From Hypanus sabinus (Eukaryota), in assembly GCF_030144855.1 (NCBI RefSeq), contig NC_082711.1:60140001-60204000 (forward strand): a DNA stretch of 64,000 nt, in the 5' to 3' direction. Every line of letters begins with the position of its first letter. Within the stretch, counting starts at the first letter, position 1. The position numbers and the translations under genes are program-made. Under the pieces are notes generated by a model that worked only from the letters and a program-made list of their open reading frames with translations, had not been told where the DNA came from and did no database searches. Shown in pieces: positions 36,150 to 48,344 of this stretch.

Positions 36150-38977
36150 AATTATGAAGAAACCAAGGAATATTATGAACAAAGCAGATGAGCTTAGAAA
36201 GTGGATCAGTACTTGGAGCTATGATGTCGTGGCCATTACAGAGATTTGGATGGCTCAGGGGCAGGAATGGTTACTTCAGGTTTCAGGCTTTAGATGTTCA
36301 GAAAGGACAGAGAGGGAGGCAAAAGAGGTGGGTGTGTGGCACTGTTGATCAGAGATGGTGTCATGGTCATAGAAAAGGAGGAAGACTTGGAGGGATTGTC
36401 TATGGAGTCTCTGCAGGTGTAAGTTAGGAACAGGAAGAAGTCAATAACTCTACCGGGTGTTTTTTATAGGCCACCCAATAGTAACAGGGACACTGAAGAG
36501 CAAATAGGGAGACAGATTGTGGAACAGTGCAGTAATAACAGGGATGTCATGATGGGAGATTTTAATTTCCCCAATATTGATTGGCGTCTCCCTAGAGCAA
36601 AGGGTTTAGATGGGGTGGAGTTTTTAGCTGTGTTCAGGAAGGTTTCCTGGCATTGTATGTAGATAAGCCTACAAGAAGAGAGGCTGTACTTGATGTGGTA
36701 TTGGGAAATGAACCTGTTCAGGTGTCAGATTTCTCAGTGGGAGAGCATTTTGGAGATAGTGATCACAACTCTATCTTCTTTACCATAACATTGGAGAGGG
36801 ATAGGAACATGCAAGTTGGGAAAGCGTTTAATTGGAGTAAGGGGAAATATGAGGCTATCAGGCATGAACTTGGAAGCATAAATTGGAAACAGATGTTCTC
36901 AGGGAAATGTACGGAAGACATGTGGCAAATGTTTAGGGGATACTTGTGTGGAGTTCTGCATAGGTACATTCCAAATTGACAGGGAAAGGATGGTAGGGCA
37001 CAGGAACTGTAGGGTACAAAGGCTGTTGTAAAACAAGTCAAGAAGAAAAGAAGAACTTACAAAAGATTCAAAAAACTAGGTAACGATAGAGAGCTAGAAG
37101 ATTATAAGGCTAGCAGGAATGAGATCAAGAATGAAATTAGGAGAGGCAGAAGGGGCCATGAGAATGCCTTGGTGAACAGGATTAAGGAAAACTCCAAGGC
37201 ATTCTACAAGTATGCAAAGAACAAGAGGATAAGAAGTGAGGGAACAGGACTAATCAAGTGTGACAGTGGAAACGTGCGTTTGGAACCGCATGAGATATCA
37301 GAGGTAATTAATGAATACTTTGCTTCAGTATTCACTATGGTAAAGGATCTTGGCGATTGTAGGGATGACTTGCAGCGGACTGGAAAGCTTGAGCACGTAG
37401 ATTTTAAGAAAGAGGATGTGCTGGAGCTTTTGGAAAGTATCAAGTCGGACAAGTCACCAGGACCAGACGAGATGTACCCTAGGCTACTGTGGGAAGCGAG
37501 GGAGGAGATTGCTGAGCTTCTGGCAATGATCTTTGCATCATCAATGGGGACGGGAGAGGTTCTGGAGGATAGGAGGGTTGTGGATATTGTTCCATTGTTC
37601 AAGAAAGGGAGTAGAGATAGCACAGGAAATTATAGACCAGTGAGTCTTACTTCAGTGGTTGGTAAGTTGATGGAGAAGATCCTGACAGGCAGGATTTATG
37701 AACATTTGGAGAGACATAATATGATTAGGAATAGTCAGCATGGCTTTGTCAAGGGCAGGTCATACCTTATGAGCCTGATTGAATTTTTTGAGGATGTGAC
37801 TAAACACGTTGATGATGGTAGAGCAGTAGATATAGTGCATATAGATTTCAGCAAGGCATTTGACAAGGTACCCCATGCAAGGCTTATTGAGAAAGTAGGG
37901 ATGCATGGGATCCAAGGGGAAATTGCTTTGTGGATCCAGAACTGGCTTGCCTACAGAAGGCAAAGAGTATTTGTAGACAGGTCATATTCTGCATGGAGGT
38001 CGGTCACCAGTGGTGTGCCTCAGGGATCTGTTCTGGGACCCCTTCTCTTCATGATTTTTATAAATGACCTGGATGAGGAAGTGTAGGGATGGTTAGTAAA
38101 TTTGCTGATGACACAAGGTTTGGGGGTGTTGTGGATAGTGTGGAGGGCTGTCAGAGGTTACAGTGGGACATTGATAGGATACAAAACTGAGCTGAGAAGT
38201 GGCAGATGGGGTTCTACCCAGGTGTGAGGTGGTTTATTTTGGTAGGTCAAATATGATGGCAGAATACAGCATTAATGGTAAGACTCTTGGCAGTGTGGAG
38301 GATCAGAGGGATCTTGGGCTTCGAGTCCATAGGATACCCAAAGCTGCTGTGCAGGCTGACTCTGTGGTTAAGAAAGCATACAGTACATTGGCCTTCATCA
38401 ATCGTGGGATTGAGTTTAGGAGCCGAGAGCAATGTTGCAGACCCCATTTGGAGTACTGTGCTCAGTTCTGGTTGCCTCACTATAGGAAGGATGTGGAAAC
38501 TATAGAAAAGGATTTACAAGAATGTTGCCTGAATTGGGGAGCATGACTTATGAGAATACATTGAGTGAACTCAGCCTTTTTTCCTTGCAAGTGACGGAGG
38601 ATGAGAGGTGACTTGATAGATGTGTATAAGATAATGAGAGGCATTGATCATGTGGATAGTCAGAAGCTTTTTCCCAGGGCTGAATTGGCTAACACAAGAG
38701 GGCACAGTTTTAAGGTGCTTGGAAGTAGGTACAGAAGAGATGTCAGGAGTAAGTTTTTTTATGCAGAGAGTGGTGAGTGCGTGGAATGGGCTGCCAGCAA
38801 TGATGGTGGAGGCAGATACAATAGGGTCTCTTAAGAGACTCCTGGACGGGTACATGGAGCTCAGAAAAATAGAGGGCTATGGATAACCCTAGGTAATTTC
38901 TCAGGTAAAGACATGTTCGGCACAGCTTTGTGGGCTGAAGGGCCTGTATTGTGCCGTAGGTTTTCTATGTTCTCTAA
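36150..38977 (+). mobile_element. CR1 LINE, near-complete ORF2 (APE + RT) and 3' tail, disrupted
   Basis: NKADELRKWISTWSYDVVAITEIW (APE), GDSDHNSI, 305-aa RT ORF at 37169-38086 ([34 protein letters not shown]), tail gggcctgtattgtgccgtaggttttctatgt. Confidence 0.95.
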
Positions 38978-40289
38978 TCCATAAATCTCACTGAAATTTT
39001 CAATCAAGGCTAGTGACCATTTTTCAAATGAATGCTTGATGTAAGGTTGAAGGCCTCCACTGAGGAGGTTTGTGCTATGGCACTGGAAACAGTGCTTAGT
39101 GTAACTAATAACCAGGAGCTCAGATGGACTGCCATCTACTTGCTAGATGTCAATAATTTCTGCCTTGGTAATATAATCAAAAGTTAAAAGCAATAATGGG
39201 TCAATGAAAAATATGGTACAATTGGATTTAAATAAAAGATTGGGAACTGGAGCTCAAAATCCATTTTTTGTCACAAAATATCTTTTCAGAGTCAGTTGTC
39301 TGTGAAAAGTTAAATTCTTTCCAGAAAGTCTTGCCTCAGAAAACCTATATTTATAACCATGGTGTAATGGTGTAGATGGTGCAGGGTGCAGTGATAGCTT
39401 GCTCAACCAAGTACCTCATGTGCGCATTCCCTCCAGGTATTATGCAGTGCACTATTCCTATGAATATGTATAAGTGGACTTGTCCTAATGAAATATTAAA
39501 ACTGATTTTTGTTCAAACTTATCAAACATACCTAATATTAACAAAAGAAAAAAATTATTTAAGATCTATAGAGAAACAAATATCTTTTGTGATGGCATTG
39601 GGTTCACTATCCTTAAAGCCCAAAACTCAAAAGTAGATTTTAAGGCCTAACTGATATAACTATCTACAGATACCCTCACTACAGGCAGGTTATACTGTAT
39701 TCACCTGCTCTTCAAAAACTAGCTTACTTCCCTGTCTATTTTCTGCAGCAAGGTCTAGTTGCCAATATCCACTGGTCATTTCCCCCTTCCTACCAAGAAG
39801 GAGATACTTCCAACTAATGAAGTAGTTTAAACACATTTTATTTTATTTTTAATGATGCATGTTGAAATTTAGACAGATAGCTATCAACACACTTACAGAG
39901 GATTTCTGATTTATAAAATATTTCTGAATTCCAAAAGATTTATAAACTACAATCTCCAACCATAGGTACAATTCTAATGAATTAAAAGAACATATCACTG
40001 AGTTGCAGATGAATGAGTCATCTGTCATAGAAACGGAAGGCTTTCATTCTCATTGTCATTCATAACAATGCACATTCCTTTCTAACTTTTATAGTACTTT
40101 GCCTCTGGTTGATGTTATCTGCATGAGATGTTTCTGTCCGATACCTTTACTGGGACAAAGTAATTCACACAGATAGTCTAAAAGCTTCTGTGGACAGAAA
40201 TTTGAAACAGCCGAAACGAATGCTGACTAGACAGAGTACACTAATATCTTATCTATTGATTGATCAACTATATCTGTGATTATTCAATC

Positions 40290-40410
40290 ACAAATAAGAG
40301 AAAATCTGCAGATGCTTGAAATCGTAACAACACACACACAAAATGCTGGAGGAACTCAGCAGACTAGGCAGTATCTATGGAAAAAAGTAAATATTTGACT
40401 TTTTGGGACT
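40290..40410 (-). mobile_element. Penelope-like terminal repeat fragment
   Basis: aaaatctgcagatgct...acacaaaatgctggaggaactcagcag...atctatgg matches 4205 and 26630. Confidence 0.75.
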
Positions 40411-40729
40411 GTGACCATGTTTGGCGTGCTAAATTACAAAATCAGTCTGGTTGGCAAGCGCCTTTGAACTTAGTCTCAATGCTGCAAATAACTTAACCAG
40501 TTTTCTGGTTTGATGCAGGCCATTAAGATAACTCTATTGTCTTATGTCGCTTAAACATGGGCTCCCAAGACCTCACTGTTTACTTGTTTACAAGTTAGAA
40601 GCTGACCACGAAACATTGACTAGAAGATTAACTTTATCAAAAACAACTTTGACCCTTTGGAAAGGTCATGCTGTGCTAGAAATCTTAGCTTAGCAATTAG
40701 CCTCTCAGGCCCTAGAAAGTGAATATTCT

Positions 40730-41435
40730 CTGACCAACTTCTATAGATGCACAGAGGAGAGCATTCGGACGGGCTGTATCATGGTGTGGAAACACCAGTG
40801 TCAAAGAATAGAAAAGCCTGTGAAAAGTGGTAGATACAGATCAGTTCATCACAGGGAAAGCCATCTTCACCATTGAAGAGCAGTCGTGTTGTACATACCC
40901 TTTATTACAAATTACTATAAATTACACATTGCACATTCAGATGGAGATGTAATGTAAAGATTTTTACTCCACATGAATGTGAAGGATGTAAGTAATAAAG
41001 TCAATTCAATTCAATCAACAAATTCTGCAGCCACAAGAAAACAGTCAAGGACCCCCATCATCCAGGTCTTGCTCCCTTCTTGTTATTACTGTCAGGAAGG
41101 AGGTACAGGAACCACAGGTATTATACCGTTGGTTCAAAAACAATCATTAGCCTTCAACCATCAGGCGCCTGATTCAGCATGGACCTTCTCACTAACCACA
41201 ACACTGAACTAATCATTCAACACAAAATCTCACTTTCAAGGACTCTACAACCCATGTTCTCAGCTTTATTTATTTATCTTTTTATTTATTTATGTATTTG
41301 TTTGATCATTCATTCAGAGTAAGTGTATTATAGAAAACTATATTACAGAAATAGGCCCTTCATCCCATCTGGTTTGTGCTAAACCATTTAAACTGTCTAG
41401 TCCCGTTGACCATAGCCACTCACCCATCCATTTAT

Positions 41436-41467
<32 letters not shown>

Positions 41468-41642
41468 TTATTTATTTATTTATTATTATTATTACTTTTT
41501 TTATATTTGCACAACTTGTCAGTCTTTGTGTGTTGTGTGTAGTTTTTCATAGATTCTACTGTGAATGCCCCCTAGAAAATGAATCTCATGGTAATATTTG
41601 GTGATATATATGTATCCTGATAATAAAATATACTTTGAACTA
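40730..41642 (+). mobile_element. Rex-Babar 3' fragment with nested tail (40885-41015) and CR1 tail (41330-41430)
   Basis: FYRCTEESIRTG-like start, DPHHPGLAPF...PSGRRY remnants, (tcaat)n-ended inner tail, outer tail aatctcatgg...ctttgaac. Confidence 0.75.
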
Positions 41643-42539
41643 TGATCCATCACAGTTTAAAGCAAGTAAATTGTTAAGTTTCATTCAAAACTAGAACAAA
41701 GGAGAAAATAATCTAATTTCAAATTATTATCTGACTTAAAATCACAATAAAGAATTTGCTGGAACTCAGAACTGTCTTGCAGTTAAATTTCATTTATTTC
41801 ATGTTAATGGATTGAAATGTTTTCACAAAGTGCTGTGTGATTCAAACTAATCATGTGTAACGTGCAATCTCAAATCAAAAATTTATCACACCTCCATCTT
41901 TAGGCTTGTGCAGACTAAAGTTGACCTGTTTTGGATTTTAAGAATGAATAAATTTAGTGTCATCCATTGTAGTTCTCGTTCCATTAATTCAATGCAGCAG
42001 TACATCAAAAGCATATGGTTCCATTAAGCAATATACTTCAATATGGAAAGATAGCCATTCATCATAGCAATGTTCTCTGATGTCTAGCCCTTAACTTCCT
42101 TCTGGAATTAATGCTGCCAATTCATTTAAATTGAAACAGCAGGTATACAGCATGTCGGGCTCCATAATAGGGAGTTTGTTTGCATAGGCAGAACCCTGAC
42201 CAGACAGCTTGTGATGGAAGAAAAATCAATATGAATTCTTGTGAGAAATGAATGTGTTCGCCTTTTTGTTTTCTCCTTAACTAAAAAACCATGAGTTCAA
42301 GACAGTTTGTGACATGCTACTTAATGTCATTGAACAGTCAAGCTTTTTCTTCCTCATTTCCAGAGCCCCTGGTCAATGAATTTTATTTTTGATCAGCTAC
42401 ACCCTAATCCAGAAACAATTCCCTGCACTCCAGAATTCCTTCACATGTCCCAGCACTATTGGTCAACCTAATATTATTGAAATACAGTGGATTCCAGATA
42501 AGTGGTCCATCAGTTGATCAGGGCAGTCACTTACTTACA

Positions 42540-44160
42540 GTCACATAGAAAACTACAGCTCAGAAAGAGGCTCTTCAGCCCATCTACTCCATGCAGAACT
42601 ATTTAAACTGATTAGTCCCATTGACCTGCACCCAGTCCATAGGCCTCCATACCCTTCCAATCCACGTATCTATCCAGATTTCTCTTATAAGTTGAAATCA
42701 AAATCATATCCACCATTGTGCTGGCAGTTCATTCCACATTCTGACCACACTCGAGTGAGGAAGTTTCCCCTTATGTTCCCCTTAAGCATTTTACCTTTCA
42801 CCCTTAACCCATGACCTTTAATTGTCATCTCACCAGGCTTCAATTGAAAAGGCCTGCTTGCATTTACCCTATCAAATCTCCCCTCAGTCTTCTACATTCT
42901 AGGGAATAATGTTCTAGCCTAGTCAATCCTTCTTTCTAACTCAGGTCCTCCAGACCCCAGAAACATCTTTTCTCTTTCAATTTTATTTACATCTTTCCTG
43001 TAGGTAGGTGAGAAAAACTGCACAATATACTCCAAATTAGGCCTCACCAACCTCTTATAAAACTTCAACATAACATCCCATCTTCTTGATTTACAAATGC
43101 CAATGTGCTAAAAGCTTTCTTTATGACCTTATCTACCTGTGATCCCTCTTTCAATGAACTATGGACCTGTACTCTCAGATCACTTTGTTCTACTGCAATC
43201 CCCAATGCGCTTTCACTCACAGTGTAAGACCTACCTTAGACGGCCTCCCCAAAGTGCAACACCTCACTCTTATCTGCATTAAAATTCCATCTGCCATTTT
43301 TCAGCCCATTTTTCCAGCTGGTCCCAATCCCACTGCAAGCTTCAATAGTCTTCCTCACTGTCCACTACACCCTCTTCTTGGTGCCATCCATACACTTGCT
43401 GATCCAGGTTACCACATTATCATCCAGATGGTTGATATAGATAACAAACAACAATGAACCAAGCCCCTATCCCTGCAGCACTCCACTAGTCACAAGCCTC
43501 CTGTCAGAGAGGCAACCAACTATTACCACTATGTCTTCTCCCACAAAGCCAATGTGTTTGAGGGAATATCTTGTCAGACCCTGTGAACTTATCAGCCCTA
43601 AATTGCCTCAGGAAAGCTAACATCTCCTCTTCTGTAATCAGTATAGGTTCCACAAGCCTGCTGCTGCTTTGCCTCACTTCTATTGGCTCTGTGTCAGTGT
43701 CCAGAGTAAATATAAAGCCAGAAAATCCATTTAAGATCTCCCCCATCTCTTTTGGCTCTGCTCTTAGATTACCATTCTGATCATCCAAAGGACCAATTTT
43801 GACCCTTGCAATCTTTTTGCTCTTAACATTACTTTTAGGATTCTCCTTCACCTTGGCTGCTAGGGTAACCTCATGCCTTCTTTTGGCCCTCCTGATTTCT
43901 TCTTTAAGTGTTCTCTTGTATTTCTTGTACTCCTTAAGTACCTCATTTCTTCCTATGTATCTATTCCTATCTTTTTTTCTTAACTAGGGTCTCAACATCT
44001 CTCAAAAAACCAAGGTTCCTTGAACAAGTTATCCTTGCCTTTTATTCTGACAAGCAGATACAAGCTTTGTAATCTCAAAAATTCACATTTGAAGGGCTCC
44101 CACTTATCAAGTAATTTTTTGCTTGAAAACAGCCTGCCCTAATCCACACTTGCTAGATCT
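42540..44160 (-). mobile_element. CR1 LINE with internal deletion
   Basis: KENPKSNVKSKKIARVKIGPL...EMGEILNGF on the minus strand; 3' tail at ~42540-42600. Confidence 0.85.
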
Positions 44161-44583
44161 TTTAATTTGGGACAACTCTTAAAGAATAAAAACTAATTGA
44201 GAAAATAGCCAGAAATTCCTTCATTTATTTAGGACACTATATCACTAATTGGGACAGAAGACTGTTGCCAAACAGTTTCTAACTAGTGTCAGTAATGTGA
44301 CCTTTTGTGGTTGTTAGACTCTACATTGTGCTTAGATTGAGCTGTTTTTAAATAGTTTGTATTCAAAAAGAGGCAATTTTTGTCACTGATGAGAAAAAAC
44401 CAGTGAGAAATAACCAGTAACACAATTCAGAATTGCTTTGCTCACTATGGTTTCAAGCATTCATGCTTGGAGATACCAGAAACCTCTGGGAGTAAAAATG
44501 AAACAAAGCTACTACTTCAACAAGTTAGGATCTACAAAGAATTTGATGGCATCGACAAACATTTAAAATGTTGCAATGATAAT

Positions 44584-45430
44584 TGTTACGTACTCGTGAT
44601 ATGACAGTGGGGCCCTTGTCACGTGACTGGGGTTGAAGCTATACTGGACTTGAGGTAATGGTCTTGTGATGGTGGAGTGATGTCATTTTCCCGCCAGTAG
44701 AGATCATGTGACAGGTTTTTTTTACAGGTTATAAAAGGAAGACCGCACCCTGTGAGGAGGGGCAGTTCGTGGCTGGATTTGCCAAGTTGTCTTCATGCCA
44801 CTGCGTAATTTAATGTGATGACGCAGTTTAATTGAAGGATGAAGCTTTTATCTAATGCCTAAAGGTTAAAAGGTCATTGCCAGCAGTTTCTTTACAATAC
44901 TGCTAGTTCAGAAGTCAGTGGAGAGTGAAGATCGGAGTTCGGGAGTTAAAGATCGAGGAGAATCTATTTTGACTGTGAAACGGGTTCGACCTTATTTAAT
45001 CCTTATTCGAAAGGGAATTCATTGACTGTTCTCATGTTAATCTCTGCGGGATAGCAGAAGATTGAGGACAGTGTGATAAAGGAAAGGTCAGTGCCTTTAA
45101 GCCGTTTCGTTTAGTAAATTCTTCGTGGGAAAAGTTCGACGTCGGGGATTGAAGCAAAACGACGTGAAAGAGAATTTAAATCGTCTTATAAAGTCTCTCC
45201 TTTTAAAATGGACTGTGAGCATTTCTGAACTTTTGGCAATACTACTTTAAAGAACTGTTTTTGCAACATTACTTTGAACTGTTTGAGCTGCCGCACAGCA
45301 GCTGATTCCGGTTACGTTAGTGTTTGTTTACTTTTGGGGGGGGGTTTGTTTCCAGTGTTTAATAAAAGTGTTATTTGTTATAAAATCCCTTGCCGAACTC
45401 ATATATTTATTGTTGCCTGAATATGTAACA
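44584..45430 (+). mobile_element. Solo LTR (847 bp) with 4-bp TSD
   Basis: tgttacgta...tatgtaaca termini; taat duplicated at 44580-44583 and 45431-45434; TATAAAA at ~44730; AATAAA at 45361. Confidence 0.9.
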
Positions 45431-46269
45431 TAATGAAGATTTAGAGGATACTATTGTTGAAAGCACTGTATAGGGGATATCCATTATCTGCACTGGTTCT
45501 ACTCTAATTTTGTTTATTTACAGTCAATCAAACAAACACGGCAGTCCATTGTATCCAACAATCCAACAATGACAGTGAAACCAGTACAGGAAAGTTTTTA
45601 AATTGGAAAAGCTGTTGCACTGGGACAGTTCCACTCTCAACCTCTGAAGTCTGGGTCCAGTGATACGAGTAGTTGTCACAAACTGGGGTCTTCCTTGTTT
45701 GCAGTGGATATCTATGATGTCTTCTATGCCTTATCATGGCCTTCGCTCTCCACGAAGCATTGCAGAATTGCTTTCTTGGATCCCACGATTCAATTCACAT
45801 CTGCCTGAGTCAAGTAGAACTTATACCCAGTGAAGTCACAATACCTCACTACTAGCACACATATTTCTATTTCTTTGCTTTAAGTTTAAGCATCACCAGT
45901 GGTAGAAACAGCATGAAAAGGAATTGATAGAATGTAAAACTGAATTATTTCTAATTTCATGCAATATTTAATGATATTGAGACTCATAAATTAAGATATA
46001 CATGTAGAGTTATATGAATTAAGATATAGAGCTGGAAAACTTTATAATAATTATTTACATGTTCTGCTGACTTTTTAGATTTCTTCCAATTTTAACATTG
46101 ATTACTAAAAATGTAATCATTCTTAAAATTCAGGTGCAGTAGACTGGAGGACTAAACTCCATAAGACTCCATAAATCATTGAGGAATAAAACTTGAATTT
46201 GTCATTATATTTTGAAGCATGCATCTATTTTATTATGGATGCATTCATTTTAAATGTTAAATGCATGTT

Positions 46270-47355
46270 TCAGAATAAGGTTTATTATCATTAGCATATG
46301 TCATAAAATTTGTTAACAGTAAATGTATAGCAGTACAGCGCTATACATGATAATATAGAAAGAAAAAAATAATCAAATCAGTTACAGTAAGTGTGTGTGT
46401 GTGTGTGTGTGTGTATATGTATTGAATAGATTAAAAATAGTGCAAAAACAGAAATAATAATATATATTTAAAATACGTGAGTTAGTGTTCATTGGTTCAA
46501 TGTCCAGTTAGGAATCAGATGGCTATTCCTGAATTGCTGAGTGTGTGCCTTCAGGTTTCTGTACCTCCCTCCTCATGGTAACAGTGAGAAAAGAGCATGT
46601 CCTGGGTGATGGGGGGTCCTTAATGATCGACATCGCCTTTCTGAGGCACGGCTCCTTGAAGATGTCTTGTGTACTATGGAGGCCAGTACCCTAGATGGAG
46701 CTCACTAATTTTTCAACATTCTGTAGTTTCTTTCAGTCTTGTGCAGTAGCCCCCTGTACCAGACAGTGATGCAGCCTGTCTGAATGTTCTCCATGGTACA
46801 TCTATAGGAGTTTTTGAGTGTTTTAGGTGACAAACCAGATCTCAAACTTCTAGTGAGACATAGCTGCTGTCTTGCCTTTTTTATAGTTGCATTAATATGG
46901 TAGGACCAGGTTAGATCCTCAGAGATCTTGACACCCAGGAAATTGAAATTTGAAATTGCTTACGTCCTTCACTTCTGATCCATCTGTGAGGACTGGTTCA
47001 TGTTCCCTCATCTTACCCTTCCTGAAGTCCGTAATCAGCTCTTCTGGCTTACTTACATTGAGTGCACTGTTGTAATTGTGACACCACTCAACCAGCTAGT
47101 ATATATCTCTCCTATACACCATCCCATCTCCATCTGAGATTCTACCCACAATAGTTTTACCATCAGCAAATTTGTAGATGGTATTTAAGCTATACCTAGA
47201 TACACAGTCACGGGCATAGAGAGAGTAGACAAGGGCTCCAGTGTTGATCATCAGCGAGGAGGAGATATTATCAGCATTCTACACAGATCATGGTCTTCCA
47301 GTTAGGAAGTTAAGGATAGAATTGCAGAGGGAGGTACAGAGGTCCAGGTTCTGCA
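46270..47355 (-). mobile_element. Rex-Babar LINE 3' half
   Basis: Minus strand has YKFADDVKL, KTKKLITDFRKG, FLGVKISEDLTW and IKDPPSPR remnants; (TG)n in the 3'UTR at ~46391-46414. Confidence 0.85.
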
Positions 47356-47799
47356 TGCTTGGATAAAACGAAAAAAAAAGAATGGGAATTGGTCAAAATA
47401 CAAACGTTTGTAATACGTTTTTCTTCGTTGCTTCCATTAAGGTGAGGGGTGATAGTGTGGAAATTGGAACTGCTCTGTTTTGTTCAACACATTATCACAA
47501 CTCAAAATTAAACAGATGCAGAGCTCTGTCTATGTAACAGCAACTTATTTCACTTATATAAAGTCTTTAATGTTAAAATTTCCTGAACTGCTCACAGTGA
47601 TGGAATTAAACAAAAAAAAAATTACACCAGATCAAAGTAGGGATAAAATATCGTCAGACAGCTTGGCTTAATTCTACACTTATGAAACACCAAAACAACA
47701 TCTTTTCCTCTTCCCTCAGCAAACCTATTCTGTGAACTCATGAAAAGATCAGGTAGAAACAACAACTGCATGACCATCCAGTTTCCAATCTGTTACCAG

Positions 47800-48120
47800 A
47801 GTCATAAAGTCATGGAGTATACAGCATGAAAAGAGCCTCATGGTCAAACTTGTCCATGCCAAAACCATGGTGCCCACCAAGCTAACCGATTTGCCCACTT
47901 TACCTCATTTCACTCTAAACCCCTACTATCCATAGACTTAACCAAATGTCTTTGAAATGATGTTCCTGTACCTGTGTCAACCACTTTCTCTGGCAGTTAA
48001 TTCAATATACACATCACCATCTGTGTGAGGACATTGCTCCCTTAGGTCCTTTTGGAATCCTTCACCAATTACCAAGCTCCCAAATTTGGTAAAGTGATTA
48101 CATGTATTTACCCTTTCCCT
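47800..48120 (-). mobile_element. CR1 3' fragment
   Basis: agagtcataaagtcatgga...accactttctctggcagtt...catcaccatctgtgtga, the reverse complement of a CR1 3' end. Confidence 0.7.
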
Positions 48121-48344
48121 TCATATGTTATGGCCATTCAGTTATCCTGTATGGGATTTTAAACACAGTCTGCTGAGTCAAGAAGTGCCAAACTTGCTTG
48201 TTGTTTGGCTGAAGTACAAGCAAAGACTCAAAAGAAGAAAAAAATAATGATGACAGTGTACATTAGAAACTTGACCTCAGGTTCAGTTCAAGTGTGGATA
48301 AGCAGGACCAGGTATGATGGTAGAGCAGCAATGGCTGGAGCTTC

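Larger units (their letters stand above)
42485..45551. mobile_element. Tigger/pogo-like non-autonomous DNA element split by CR1 and a solo LTR
   Basis: TA|cagtggattcc at the left end, gcagtccattg|TA at the right end, internal aatt(t)gggaca repeats at 44160-44260. Pieces: 42485-42538, 44160-44583, 45431-45551. Confidence 0.55.

Noticed and set aside
37169-38086. 305-aa RT ORF (and the 340-aa ORF at 49478-50500) as functional or host genes
   Set aside because: They are fragments of CR1 ORF2 bounded by stops and frameshifts.
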